64,000 nucleotides of DNA from Macrostomum lignano (Eukaryota): assembly GCA_002269645.1 (NCBI GenBank), contig NIVC01003064.1, positions 1 through 64,000 on the forward strand, written 5' to 3'. Below are positions 1 through 12,346 of the stretch, one piece after another. The translations under genes and the position numbers were made by a program. Below the pieces are notes generated by a model, which had not been told where the DNA came from, searched no databases, and was given only the letters and a program-made list of their open reading frames with translations. Within the stretch, counting starts at the first letter, position 1, and each line of letters starts with the position of its first letter.

Positions 1-775
1 GGACTGCCTGTCGGCTTCATCTGGCTGCTGGAAGTTGGCAGTCCCAAAGTCCAAGACCAACCAGTTCGGCCACAGCATCCAGGGGGGGGGTGCCAGCTTC
101 TGCCATCAAATCGGCTTGTCAGAATCGGACATTCGGGCCCTTTGAGGCTGGAGATCGGCCCTTTGAGGCTGGAGATCGGACGCTGTTCTCCTCTTCTTTT
201 CCGCCAGCTCTACGCTGTCGCGCCGCCAGCGCTCCGCTTCTTTCTTGGCTTCGCTTCGCAGCTGCAGGCTGCTACCAGGCTGCTACCACCTAGCTCTGGT
301 TTCCCCTGCTTTTACTCCTCTTCCCCTTCGTTGGGTTTCTCGGCCGCTGCCGGCTTTTTCGCAACCGCTTTGTCTCATTTGGCTCCTTCCGATGTGTTTA
401 ATGCAATCGTTACTCACTGAGTAAGGTGTGTTAGGCGCGCCGGGGGATGCTGTTGTACGAGCTACATTTCCTCTGTACTCTGGCGGGGTTGAGGTTTGGG
501 GCCGGGGTGTTGGCCGCGCCGGCCGGCTTAAAGCCTCTGCACCCGGCCCGGCTTGTCTCCACCGCTATTTCTCATTTTTTTATTTTTCGTTTTTATGGAC
601 CAAAAAATACCCGTTTAAACAAGTAAATAAACGCTTCGCTTGATTCCGTTCGGATCCGCTTTCTCGGCCACTGCCGGCTTTTTCGCAACCGCTTTGTCTT
701 CTTTGGCTCCTTCAAGCGTATTTAATTCTTTTTTATTTCTCTTGCATTTTCTTGAGCGCAAAGTGTGCGAGTATA

Positions 776-843
776 GGGGGTTGTAGCCTAGTGGTTTAGA
801 GCGTCGGACTCTCGACTTTAAGGTCGGGGGTTCGATTCCTGAT
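776..843 (+). mobile_element. 5' head fragment of a tRNA-derived SINE (same family as 59342-59651)
   Basis: GGGGGTTGTAGCCTAGTGGTTTAGAGCGTCGGACTCTCGACTTTAAGGTCGGGGGTTCGATTCC carries A-box and B-box and nearly matches 59347-59410. Similarity stops after the B-box. Confidence 0.8.
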
Positions 844-1234
844 TCAGGGACGTCTAGAGCTAGCACCACTGGACTAGTAGCTAGAATAAAACACCACCCA
901 TTTTACGCTAGTGTAGCAACAGCAAGGTGGCAGTTGTGCTAGCTAAGCAAACTAGGTAAATAAACTAAATAAACTAGTGCGTTCGAGTTGGGGCACTAGG
1001 GATAGGGGACTTGGGGGAGAGCAGTGAAACAGACAAACGAGTAGAAATGCACAGGGCTTGGGCACCGAGCTCATGACACTGATATGTTCTCGATGCATAT
1101 TCAGTGGTGTACAATTTAAGAAATTATTCACCCCACTACCCCAGGTTTTCCTTGCTCTCTGCCAAGCACTGACAAAGAGTAAATGATGTCTTGCACTGTT
1201 ATCATTTCCAGCAGCCTCTCAGTGCAAGCTTTCA

Positions 1235-2400
1235 ATGGTGCATGCATGTTCAGTCTACCAATGCTTAACTCGAGCAACCCAGGAATCTGGAGTGAACTTC
1301 CACAGCCAGCCTCTCCAAGACACTACTCTTCTTGAGAAATGGAAGAGAGCAAACCCGAGAAGACTTTGAGCAGGCAAAGTACTGCAAGATTTGCTCTCGT
1401 GATTTTCATCTCCATGACTTCACGGAAGCATCGGTGGATCAACGCCACACGCAATAAGAGAGGCGAGTCGCTGTCAAGGAGGAGACTCAAGCCTACAGTG
1501 GTTCCATCCATCTGTCTGAACGCTCCCATGAGCTCCCATCTAATTGTCATCTGACAATAAGGAACCGCGAGCAACGACAGTGACATTGTCTGAGCGATGG
1601 AGAGAGAGAGCAGAGAGAGCTGGAAGAAAGGGTTGGAGTCTCTGGAAGCAGACTCCACTGTTAGGACGGACCTAAAGGAGATTCAGCGCAAGCTGGAGCA
1701 GGAAGCGACCAAGCCAGCTGGACTTCAGACGGCTACCTAGGACAATAAGCTCTGCGTCCATATGCTAGAGACAGCCATTGTGCCGTGTTTCTTGCTACAT
1801 CTGCCTGGCAGAAGACCAAGCCAATGGACTGCCGCTAAAAGCAAGCATTTTCACCTACTGACTAGAGGAAAAACTTTGACTCTCAGCCAGCTTGTGAATT
1901 TCATGTCGAGAATCAAGAATTCGACTGAGAATTGGCCGAGTCGTCACCTCAGACCAAGATCTCCAGGATGCCGTGGAAGACCTCTTGCCGTCTTGGAGGA
2001 AGCAAAAAGGCTGACGGACAATCGGACTGTGAGCTTTGCCTTGGAGCAGCTAAAGCTGAGCACGAAGTCATCGTGCACCAGAAGGTGTTCCAAGGATCTC
2101 CTTGTGTTCTACTTGATCTAATCCATCAGTGCCTCAGCCCTCAGCGTAACAAGACCTACGAGTACTTGGGCAGGATGCCGTCTGCCTCCCGTCTGATCTC
2201 ACGCTGACGTCCATAACTGCACATCTTCAAGCGGCCTTGGGCTGAGAGCTTCAAAGCTGTCACGAATGGAGAAGGTAGTGACCCTGTTCATCGGCGAGAT
2301 CTACATCGCAAGTAGGATTGAATCAATGCCAAAGCAACAGGCCAGCAGTCTGTGTTCATGCTATTCAATCCAGTGCACGACTTGAAAACATATTTACAAC
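1235..2400 (+). pseudogene. Decayed THAP-domain P-element-type transposase
   Basis: Across frameshifts it reads MVHACSVYQC..SGVNFHSQP..LEKWKR / CKICSRDF / RRRLKPTVVPSI (THAP pattern). It continues FALEQLKL..RRCSKDLL, KTYEYL, LSRMEKVVTLFIGEIYI (DEIY-like) and FMLFNPVHDLK (FDxxHLLK-like). It has several stops and frameshifts and an internal deletion. Confidence 0.75.
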
Positions 2401-2568
2401 TTTCACAGCTGAGGAGACCTCCATCTCCTTCCCTCCAGCGTGTAGTGACTGGCTGCTAACTGGCTTTTCAGCAGCATTCACTAGCTGTTCCTAAGAGCGC
2501 TGTGATCCGCTGCACAGTGGCTCAGTCCACCTGATCTAGAGAGAGATTTACTCTGTGCTGGGCCTAAG

Positions 2569-3250
2569 TGTTTACTGCCCGATGACTCATCGCCTGAGCG
2601 GGCGCGGCAGTCACACTCAATGCCTTCCCCTCCCGCGCTGAGGAGACATAGCAGGATGACTCGTCACCTGCGCGGGTGTAAAGGCTGCCTAGAGGGAGTA
2701 AACAGGATGACTCATCCGCCCAAGTTCTATTTTTAGCACAGAAAAGCACGTGACTGTGCACGCACACTGTGCGTGGCCACTGACCTTGAGTCACGCCACT
2801 GCTGCGTGATAGGCTTGCCTTATTAGAAAGTCGGCCTTGGATCACGCATCGCTCGAATGATTCTGAGGACCAAAAAAGGAAGTTTCACGCGCTCACCGCA
2901 TGAAACTCACGTGACTTTTGGGGGTCTGCTCGGCTATAAATACGGAGCATCTGTGAGCCATTTTTCTCCAGATCGCGTTCACTGCGTCGTCTCGCGGAGC
3001 ATTGGCTAACTCGTGAAGCCTCCTCCGAGCTCTCCTCTCATCGTTTCAGGTTTTTCAGGTTTTCTGGTTCGAGCAGCATTCTACTAAGTCAATCGACTGT
3101 CGAGACATTTTTCAAATTTGCCTTTGCTCCGAGCGATTTCGTTATTTTATTTCAGGTGACGGATAGACAACTCTGCCGACGCGTCGAGTCCGCACACCAA
3201 GGTGGCAGCAACCCTACCAAGTTAAGGCTAACGTTTTAGGTTCAATTACA
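2569..3250. mobile_element. LTR-like segment (TG...CA, 682 bp)
   Basis: Starts TGTTTAC and ends TTACA, has TATAAA at 2935-2940 and enhancer-like motifs upstream, and abuts a Gypsy pol remnant. No TSD, PBS or PPT was found. Confidence 0.45.
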
Positions 3251-3455
3251 GGCAAATCGATAGGTAGTACAACGGTGCTATCTAGCTACTTCCGGAGCAG
3301 CGAGTTCTAGCTCGTATTTATAGGATCATCTTCAAGAACTCGGGAAGGAGCCTAACAAGCTCTTGCAATGATTCTTAACAAGTTGGTTCAGAGCCAAGTC
3401 AGTATTTTTCTCCATTATTTCCATATATTCTCATCATAAAGTCTAAATTTTTATA

Positions 3456-4720
3456 CTAGTAGCACACTGTCACCAAACGAATCGCTTTTGCATGCTGTTG
3501 CTTTTGTTCCTCTTGATTTTCGACGACTCGTTGCTCGGTGTCCTGGTGAAGATGGCTGAGCGTAGGCGAATATTTTAGCATCATCTCACTAGGCTTCTTG
3601 CCGTTGTAGCGTGCGGCTTGAGATGAAATGCATTCAGGCACTCTAGTACATCCCTCATCCCTCATGCCTATTCTCAACGCTCTCTTGGCGGTCTGAACCA
3701 TTCGTTCAGCCAATTCATTTGGCCGCGGATGTCTCACAGATGTTAGAATTTGCGTGGTTCGGAGCTTCGGAGATTTTTTAGTTCGTCCGAAGTGATTCAT
3801 CCTGGATAACCGTATCGAATGATTGCTGCAGCTTGCCAATCGTGCCACGGGTACTCGCTGATCTCAGAAAAATTTCCACCCATTTTGTCGTGGCATCCTC
3901 AGTAACCATCAGCCACATGAACCCGTAGCAAGGACCGAAGAAGTCCAAACAGAGTGGTTAATTGGCTGAGCTTCTATGCAATTTTGACACACATCATCTT
4001 CGTGAACCCAGCATTCTCCAGTGGCAAGCTTGGAAATGCGTCTGCATTTTCATGTTCATCCGTCCGGCTCTATCGAATCTCAAATTGATAGGCTGACAGA
4101 ATCACAGCCCAGAGCTGCAACCGACTGGCAGATATTCTTGAGATTTGTTCTCAGGACCAAATTCGTCACATGCGGTTTGTGGTCCGTGACCAGTATGAAC
4201 CGTCGGCCATAAGGTACTGGTGAAATTTCTTCACCGCAACAACAACAACAATAACAAAGTACGCTGTCAGGTAGAAAAAAGCAGCGTCACAGGGCACGCT
4301 TCAGAGCCTGGGCGCGAACAAAGGCCGCACCGCCGGCAGAGTCCGGGGCGCCAGCGTCGGCCAGCAGGCAGTCGACGAAATGCCGAGTTCGGGCTTGGCC
4401 TCGCCGGTAGGGTGCCTTCACCGCAAAAATTATCGCTAATCATTCCTTCTCTATTTTTGAGTTGTTTCTTTCGGCCTTGGACTGGCCTCTGATTGCACAG
4501 CAGATTGGATTCTCTGAATCCTGCAAAATGTGCGAAAGCACTGCGCCTACGCTGTAGTATGATGCATCGGCATGAACAACCAACTCTTTGCTTGGGGTCA
4601 TAGTGAATCAACACTCGATTAGAAGTCAGATGATTTCTAATGAGCAAATGGATAAATCAAACCTGTCAGTCCATCTCAACTCAGCGTCTTTCTGTAGTAG
4701 CGCATTTAGGACGCCAGGAC
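3456..4720 (-). pseudogene. Decayed Ty3/Gypsy pol fragment (RT end, RNase H, integrase)
   Basis: Minus-strand translation gives LVVHADASYYSVGAVLSH..KAERNNSKIEKE*LAIIFAVKKFHQYL.GRRFILVTDHKP and ASRLQLWAVILSAYQFEI..ENADAF. It continues LDFFGP..WLMVT..TKWVEIF and HPRPNELAERMVQTAKRAL. Stops and frameshifts are present. Confidence 0.9.
4240..4415 (-). mobile_element. Short 5'-truncated retroposed insertion inside the Gypsy RNase H
   Basis: An 11-bp direct repeat CTTCACCGCAA at 4229-4239 and 4416-4426 splits the AIIFAVK|KFHQYL coding sequence. The insert is GC-rich with an ORF end (..FVDCLLADAG..QALKRAL*) and a (TTG)n tail on the minus strand. Confidence 0.75.
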
Positions 4721-4829
4721 GTCGGACAGGCCTCTGATTAATTTGTTATAGTATTTATCAGCCCAACTAGGGACCGAACCTTCGAAATGCTAGTTGGCCT
4801 TGGGGCTTCAGTGATGGCTTTCATGATTC

Positions 4830-5375
4830 GTGGCCTCTGCCCCCCCGGCCCAGTCAGCCCTCTGCCCTCCCCCCCCCCCCAGTCAGGCCTCTGCTGCCCC
4901 CCCCCAGTGAGGCCTCTGCTGCCCCCCCAGTCAGGCCTCTGCTGCCCCCCAAGTCAGGCCTCTGCTGCCTTCCCAGTCAGGCCTCTGCCGCACCCCCAGT
5001 CAGGCCCCTGCCGCACCCCAGTCAGGCCTCTGCCGCACCCCCTGTCAGGCCTCTGCTGCCTTCCCAGTCAGGCCTCTGCTGCCTTCCCAGTCAGGCCTCT
5101 GCCGCACCCCCAGTCAGGCCTCTGCCGCACCCCCAGTCAGGCCTCTGCCGCACCCCCAGTAAGGCCTCTGCCGCACCCCCTGTCAGGCCTCTGCTGCCCC
5201 CCCCCCCCTGTCAGGCCTCTGCTGCCCCCCTGTCAGGCCTCTGCTGCCCCTCCTGTCAGGCCTCTGCTGCCCCCCCTGTCAGGCCTCTGCTGCCCCCCCT
5301 GTCAGGCCTCTGCCCCTCCCCAGTCAGGCCTTCCCCTCCCCAGTCAGGCCTTCCACCCCCTTTGTCAGGCCTCTG
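4830..5375. repeat. GC-rich ~20-23 bp minisatellite (CAGTCAGGCCTCTGCCGCACCCC)
   Basis: Direct reading of the tandem units. Confidence 0.9.
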
Positions 5376-6279
5376 CACTACATATCGTGCAGATTGTGGT
5401 TGATTTTCAGAATTCAGACGCAAAAAACGCAAAATATACTACTATCTGAAAAATGAAGTAAGTAGTATACGAAAACGGTATCCTAGGCGTGATATGGCAA
5501 TATGTAGTCGTAATAATCCATGTGCTCATATATGTACATTAATTCCATGTTCAATAATCCCTATCTATCTCAAATTGGATATGTACATTAATTCCATGTA
5601 CATTAATCCCTATCTCAAATGTCCATGTCTATTCCCAATTCTATATGTACACTTACATTAATCTACAGTGTCATCCCCAGACGGCCAGCGCGCGCGCACC
5701 AAAATTACAACTCGAAACCCTACTACATGTACAGTTGTACAATCTCATCCAAATGAGTCAACTAATTGTGTAGCCTACAACGTAAATGTATATTTCCAAT
5801 GTACATTTCTCAGACAGATTTGAATAATACTGGTCGGAGTCTATATGTACATCGATAGCCTCTATACTCATATCCGCTACATACCCCAAAAATTAGGTAT
5901 GTACATTTTCACCCTCGGAGACTGTAGGTTTGAATATGCTGATAATTTATTCAAAATCACTTATAAAATACACATACTTTCATATAGAGGCGGGCCTGTA
6001 CAAACTCTCGCCAAGCGATGGGGTGGAGGTTGCGTCATCCAAGCCTCTCCCCAAGTCAGACCCCAAATGCAGGACTGTGTTGAAGCAGTGCTTTATATTT
6101 CTATATTGACAGTGTGGATGATACAAGACCTTTAATTGGTAATTATCAACTGCTACTGCTTTACGGTATATCCTCACCCCTCGAAGCCCCTATACTGAAT
6201 GTTGAATCACCCTTTAACTCGGACCATAGTCAAATTCAACCCTGTTCGAAAACAGCCACCCCTCCGATGTTCACCAGAC

Positions 6280-9200
6280 ACAGCGCAGACCCCATAACAA
6301 ATCGAGCTAAATTTTAACACTCGCCCCTGTTTTCTCTGTCCCCCCTTCTAAATGCCAAGGAATTTCGACCCTCTCTCCATTTTCAGTGTACAGACAGATC
6401 TTTCCACAGCACAGACCATATATTAAACTTCAAAACCCCTCTCTTCTCCGATTACGTCATCCATGCCGCCCCAGTTAGCAAGAAACCAACTTTTAATGCA
6501 CACATCAACCCCCGCGAGCAAATCCGAGTCCGCCAACCTCTACCTGCATTGACAAATCCCAGCTGCATTTGTAAATGTACACAGCCTATGAATCAGTGTC
6601 TCCACCGCATGCAATTCTGATTTACTTGATTCTAAACTTTGTAAATTGTATAAGTCACCCTTGCGTTATACTAGAAGTAGTGAAGTCCACATATTTAAAT
6701 ACGTGAGGCTATTCAATTCTGCCTCTCCGCCTCCCCTACCTTCTCACTTCAAGCTTTCAGACTTGGTCTTTGAGACGGTCGGTTTAATCTGTTAGAAGCA
6801 GGAATTAATCATGCACTGACCTCTCCATACAAAGTAAAGTTGGAATTTCAGACAAGAAATTTGGTTATTTTAAAAGCTAAATGACTAGAAATGCACATTT
6901 TTTTAATTAAAATGCAGCTTTTTACAGTTTTTTTACGATTTTAACCTTAAAATGCAGACTTTGTTGATCAAAATCAGTAGTTTCATCACTAGAAACCATA
7001 CTTTCAACAGCTAATTTGTCCAAATGTCGCTTTCAACTTGACCTTAGACTGCTTTTAAGCAGGAATGAACCCCACACAAACATCCACAAGCCAGCCCAAA
7101 ATCATCCAAAGACATGGCTATTGAAGCCTAAATTGCTAGAAATGCGCATTTTTTTCATAAGAAAATACAAATTTTCACGGTTTTTATGCATTTTTACGTT
7201 AAAATGCAGACTTTATTGATCAAAATCAGTAGTTTCATCACTAGAAACCATACTTTCAGCAACTAATTTGTCCAAATATCGCTTTCAACTTGACCTTAGA
7301 CAGCTTTTAAGCAGGAATGAACCCCCCACGAACATACACAAGCTAGCCCAAAATCATCCAAAGACGGCTGTTGAAGACTAAATTGCTAGAAATGAGCATT
7401 TTTTCATAAGAAAACACAAATTTTCACAGTTTTTACGCATTTTTTTCGTTAAAATGCAGATTTTATTGATCAAAATCAGTAATTCATCACTAAAAACCAC
7501 AATTTTAACAGAAAATTATCACAAATGCTACTTCTGGAACTCTGAGACAGCTTTGAGCAGGAATTATAATCGCACACGGATTACCCGAGCCAGTCCAATA
7601 TTCCACTGAAGCCAGGGTTTTTTAAAGCTGAATTGGTAGAATTGCTCATTCTTTCGTTTAATAAATGACAATTTTCACAGTTTTATTATTTTCTAACGTT
7701 AAAATGCGAAATGTATTGGTCAAACTTAGTAGTTTCATCCCAAAAGCCATAATTTCAACCGCTAATTTGTCCAAATGCTGATTTCAAAGTTGGCAAGAGA
7801 CAGCTTTCGAGCAGGAATGAGTCACACACTGATCTCCATATGCACACCCGGCCCAAGTTGGAATTCCACCCAAGACATTTTCATTGAAAGCTAAATTACT
7901 AGAAATTGCACATTTTCGTTTTAAAAAGGTCAATTTTCACAGTTTTTACTCTTTTTAACGTTAAAATGCTGACTTTATTGAACAAAATTAATCACTTCAT
8001 CAGCAGAAACCATAATTTTTACAACTTAATGCTGTTTCATCATTCAAATGTATGTATTTGGTACGTGTAATACCCCTCAAGAAGTCAGGGAAGGGATTAT
8101 TCTTGAATATTGGGTTAAAACGTACAGTTTGCTATAAACCTAGCTATAATAATTTTAACATATACAGTCGGCGAAGCGGCCCGTTGATTTCGATTGACAT
8201 TTAAACTGTCCCTCCCATGCCAGACCTCTCTCTCTCTCTCCTTCTGCACCCACCGAGAAAAGTGACTCATGCGGCAATCAGTTTGACAGGTTTAGTATAT
8301 TACTGAATTGGCAAAACAGCCAACACACAATGTTCATTAGACTCGTCTTCACAGCACAGACCCATGTAGAACAGAACCACTCGTCCCTGTCTCTCTGACC
8401 TTACCATTTCTAACTGTCAAGGAATTCCGACCCTCCCTCTCCAATTTCAGTGTACAAACAGATATTTTCACAGCACAGACTCATATATTGAGCCTCCTCC
8501 AACCAAAACCCTATCTTGATTACGTCATCCACCTCCCCCATAGAAGCAGTTAGCAAGAAACAAAATTTTTCGATGCACATATGAACACTGTGAACCATGC
8601 AAAATAGCACATCTACGGGTCGATTTTGATTGACAATTTAATACCTTTTGTTGATGCTGCTGTGTACAGTAGTCTTATTTCCGAAGCTCCTAGCAGTCAT
8701 CTTTTAGATGTGGTGAATCAGTGTTGTTTTTGCCAACTTTACATCTTGATTCATCCTCCAAATTCTTCAACTCTGACCATATTCAATAATTTAACCCATG
8801 CAAGTAGATTTGCCAATTCGCCAAATTGCCAATACGAATGGGGCCAGAGGACCCACCCAAATCGAGCCCTTGTCTCTCTCAGGCCTCTCTCTCCTACACA
8901 TACCCCAGAAAAGTGACTCATGAGGCAATCAGTTTAACAGGTTCAGTATACTGAATTGGCAAAACAGCAAACACCCAATGGTCAATGGACTCGTCTTCGC
9001 AGCACAGACCATTTTGAATAAAGCCAAAACACACATACACCCCTATTCTCTGACCAAACCTTTCCATTTCTAGTTGTCAACGAAATTCGACCGGCCTCTC
9101 TCTCAATCCCAATGTACATTTTGACGAAGCAAGCAGATCTTTTCACAGCACGGACCCAGCCTCCCCCAACCAAAGCCCTATCTCTGATTACGTCATCTAT

Positions 9201-9355
9201 ACATCCCCATAGAAGCAGTTAGCAAGAAAAAAATTTTGATGCGCATATATGAACAATGCGAACCAAGCAAATCCGCGCGTCTACCAAAGCCAACCCTACC
9301 CTGCGTGCTGTAATTGCATTTGTCAATGTACACACCCTATGAATCAGTGTCTCCT
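6280..9355. repeat. Three diverged copies of a ~330-470 bp repeat (about 6280-6605, 8230-8610, 8880-9355)
   Basis: Shared blocks CAGCACAGACC, GATTACGTCATC, CAGTTAGCAAGAAA and CCTATGAATCAGTGTCTCC occur in the same order. Confidence 0.7.
6830..8030. repeat. Diverged ~250-bp tandem repeat, about 5 copies
   Basis: TTAAAATGC(A/T/G)..A.T anchor recurs near 6948, 7199, 7449, 7699 and 7961 with colinear downstream sequence. Confidence 0.85.
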
Positions 9356-11130
9356 TCTTTAGAACACACGAAGGCATTAGTCAGAAAGTTTGGATGCAAT
9401 TAAAAACTCTCTCGATACTTTGCGTATAAACGAGTAATCGATTGAATCAATTGTACACTTGACACATTTAATTACGTGCTGCCATGCAACGGAAAGACAG
9501 GATAATGGGGTGGGTGGTCACGCAGCCTCATTCTCTCTTTCCTACTGATTTTTCATTATCTATCAATCTCAGCTCTTTCCGGGGCAACTCGCGCATTTGT
9601 GCATAGTTCCTCATCAGATTTACCACATGTTCATTTACATGTGATGTACATATGCAAGCGGCAGCCGATTTAAACCTGAGAAATGGTTGAAGCACTCCCC
9701 CGACTATGACTAAATGCACGTACGTTCAGTCAAATACAGGAAAATTTGACACCCGTAGTATGAAGATTAAATCTTCACGAAAGCTTCACATGTTTATCTT
9801 TCTCTGTGGAAATGACGATAGTTTCTCAATAAAAATCTGTCATAGGCCCAATATAGCAGTTTAAATATTTTCACGAAAATGTCGCATTATTCAAAGAACT
9901 GATTTTTGCAAACTCTACTGTCAGTAGGAAGATGAGTTTTCATAGAGACATTTTGTAAAACATAGACTAAACTTTCAAATCATTCGTTTACACGACCAAC
10001 TGTCTATATTAATGGTGGGGTTATTATTACTTTACAGAAAAACGCATGTCCTGTGTTACGACACTGCCTAGCAACCGTATAATTTTTGCAGGTCAAGGAG
10101 CATTAATACATGAACTAACACTCCTATTTTACATTCATTGAGAGGCGGCGGCGCGGGCGGAGGCGGCAGTAGAGACAGGGATATTTGTCGTCGTTTCGCT
10201 CGAGTAGTTTTTTTCAGCAAAAACAGCAGCAGCAGCATCAGCATCAGCTTCTCCCGCTGGAGAACTTTTGTTTTCCTGGTCCTCTGGCTGCAGCAGACAG
10301 AAAATCGGCAAGCAATCGGAACGAGTTCCCAGCTCGCATTCTATTCAGTCCAAAGCTGGGAAAACTCTGCTGGAGTTTTCTGCCGAAGCCGGTTTTGAAT
10401 TCAAATGCAGCAGCCGCTTGCTGTAGTCACGCGTTGCCTCACTGCTGTGGGTCCGATAGACTCTTTATTTAATGGAAATCAAGCGTGCCATCTTCTCTGG
10501 CTTCTGCTATTTCAAAATCAGTTGTTTCGGCGCACAAAAGCAAGCGGAGTCTGAATGCCATTTCTGAGCAGCAGGGAGGGCTGTATTCGGACCCAAGGCT
10601 GTCTCGTACTTCAAGTAATTTGGACCAGTGTCCGCTGTCGGAATTCTACTGCTGCCAATAACTAACTGCCGCAATCAGAACCATCAACGCGTCGCAATTT
10701 AGAGTTTCTAATCATGAGAACGAGTATGGAATTAATTTTTGTCCAGTTCAAAATCCGACTTTTACGTATTGCAGTTTTTTATCTTTGGTTATACAATAAT
10801 CGGTTGTTCAACTTGGTCATCTAAGACCAAGGCAACTCCGACGCTCTAGCAAACTACCATGGAAGCTTCTTGCTGAACTTGTTAACCGCCGTAAGACCGA
10901 AACTTAACATGAGATGGTAAAAAATAGCGTGATCCAGTGATCCTGTGATGTCACAGGCTGCTCGATTCTGCCTTACTGGCTGGCCTGAGTCAGTTTTACG
11001 AGTACCAGAGCTGCTGCGGCACAGCCGCCGATAAAATTAACTTTATAAATAAGACGGCCGTCTTCCCTGAGGCAGTCGCACAATTTTTCCACCTTTTCTG
11101 GTGCTTTGGTGCCTTTACTAGATCCATCGA

Positions 11131-11421
11131 GGTGGTGTGGTGCAGGTGGTGGTGGTAGTGGTGGTGGTGCAGGTGGTGGTGGTGGTGGTGGTGCAGGTGG
11201 TGGTGGTGGTGGTGGTGCAGGTGGTGGTGGTGGTGGTGGTGGTGCAGGTGGTGGTGGTGCAGGTGGTGGTGGTGGTGGTGGTGCAGGTGGTGGTGGTGGT
11301 GGTGCAGGTGGTGGTGGTGGTGGTGTTGGTGGTGCAGGTGGTGGTGGTGGTGGTGGTGCAGGTGGTGGTGGTGGTGGTGCAGGTGGTGGTGGTGGTGGTG
11401 TTGGTGGTGCAGGTGGTGGTG
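11131..11421. repeat. (GGT)n microsatellite punctuated by GCA
   Basis: Direct reading. Confidence 0.95.
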
Positions 11422-11844
11422 TGCATCCAACGGGCATGGGGCTTTCTGGGAGGACTGCAGTGCAGAGCTTAAAGAGTTGGCTAGAGTAGTTTTCCACATT
11501 CTGATTAACAGCACCCGAAGAGTAGCGACTCAGTGCCTTGCAATATTGATGTTATCAACAATGCGCCAACTTCGAGTCTATTCGTTATAACTAAATCTGT
11601 GGATGTCAGCCAGTCAGTCAGTAAGCTGGCTTTCCACTACATGTACAAGAGAAAACGCTGCTAATCCACTGGTTGCTTTTGATTAACAACTTAGCCAGCT
11701 TAGACAGACGTCAGTAGAGGGCGATCAGACATTGGGAAAAGCGAGAATTCTGCACCGCGGAAAATGTGCAGTTGCACTCATGCAGATGATTAATTTGTTT
11801 TGAATCTCTTTACTATGTACAGTAGCTCGTAAATGTTGTTAATT

Positions 11845-12346
11845 CAGCCAGTTAGATCATTCTTAGGATTGGCGCTTAGTTGAACGGCGAAACGCATTCG
11901 CACAGGCCGCTCCTGTCAGCCAGTTAGATCATTCTTAGGACTGGCGCTTAGTTGAACGGCGAAACGCACTCGCACAGGCCGCTCCTGTCAGCCAGTTAGA
12001 TCATTCTTAGGACTGGCGCTTAGTTGAACGGCGAAACGCATTCGCACAGGCCGCTCCTGTCAGCCAGTTAGATCATTCTTAGGACTGGCGCTTAGTTGAA
12101 CGGCGAAACGCATTCGCACAGGCCGCTCCTGTCAGCCAGTTAGATCATTCTTAGGACTGGCGCTTAGTTGAACGGCGAAACGCACTCGCACAGGCCGCTC
12201 CTGTCAGCCAGTTAGATCATTCTTAGGACTGGCGCTTAGTTGAACGGCGAAACGCATTCGCACAGGCCGCTCCTGTCAGCCAGTTAGATCATTCTTAGGA
12301 CTGGCGCTTAGTTGAACGGCGAAACGCACTCGCACAGGCCGCTCCT
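11845..12346. repeat. 72-bp tandem repeat, 7 copies, overlapping the lectin gene 3' end
   Basis: Unit CAGCCAGTTAGATCATTC...GGCCGCTCCTGT starts at 11845, 11917, 11989, 12061, 12133, 12205 and 12277. Confidence 0.95.

Noticed and set aside
90-760. Short ORFs, a 21-bp duplication (136-177) and a ~65-bp repeat (about 336-400 and 661-725)
   Set aside because: No family could be assigned. This is probably decayed repeat sequence cut by the window edge.
1050-2560. TIRs for the first P-like remnant (CACAG at 1050, CTGTG near 2555)
   Set aside because: Only 5-6 bases match and there is no shared 8-bp TSD.
4787-5449. 220-aa Pro/Cys-rich ORF
   Set aside because: It is a minisatellite translation.
8626-8916. 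Possible RT fragment inserted in a repeat copy
   Set aside because: No convincing RT motif was found in any frame.
10973-11497. Formin FH1 polyproline
   Set aside because: No FH2-like sequence follows, and the tract is a simple microsatellite.
11845-12346. CRISPR-like regular repeat
   Set aside because: Units are contiguous with no unique spacers, there are no cas genes, and the context is eukaryotic. The same applies to the other arrays.
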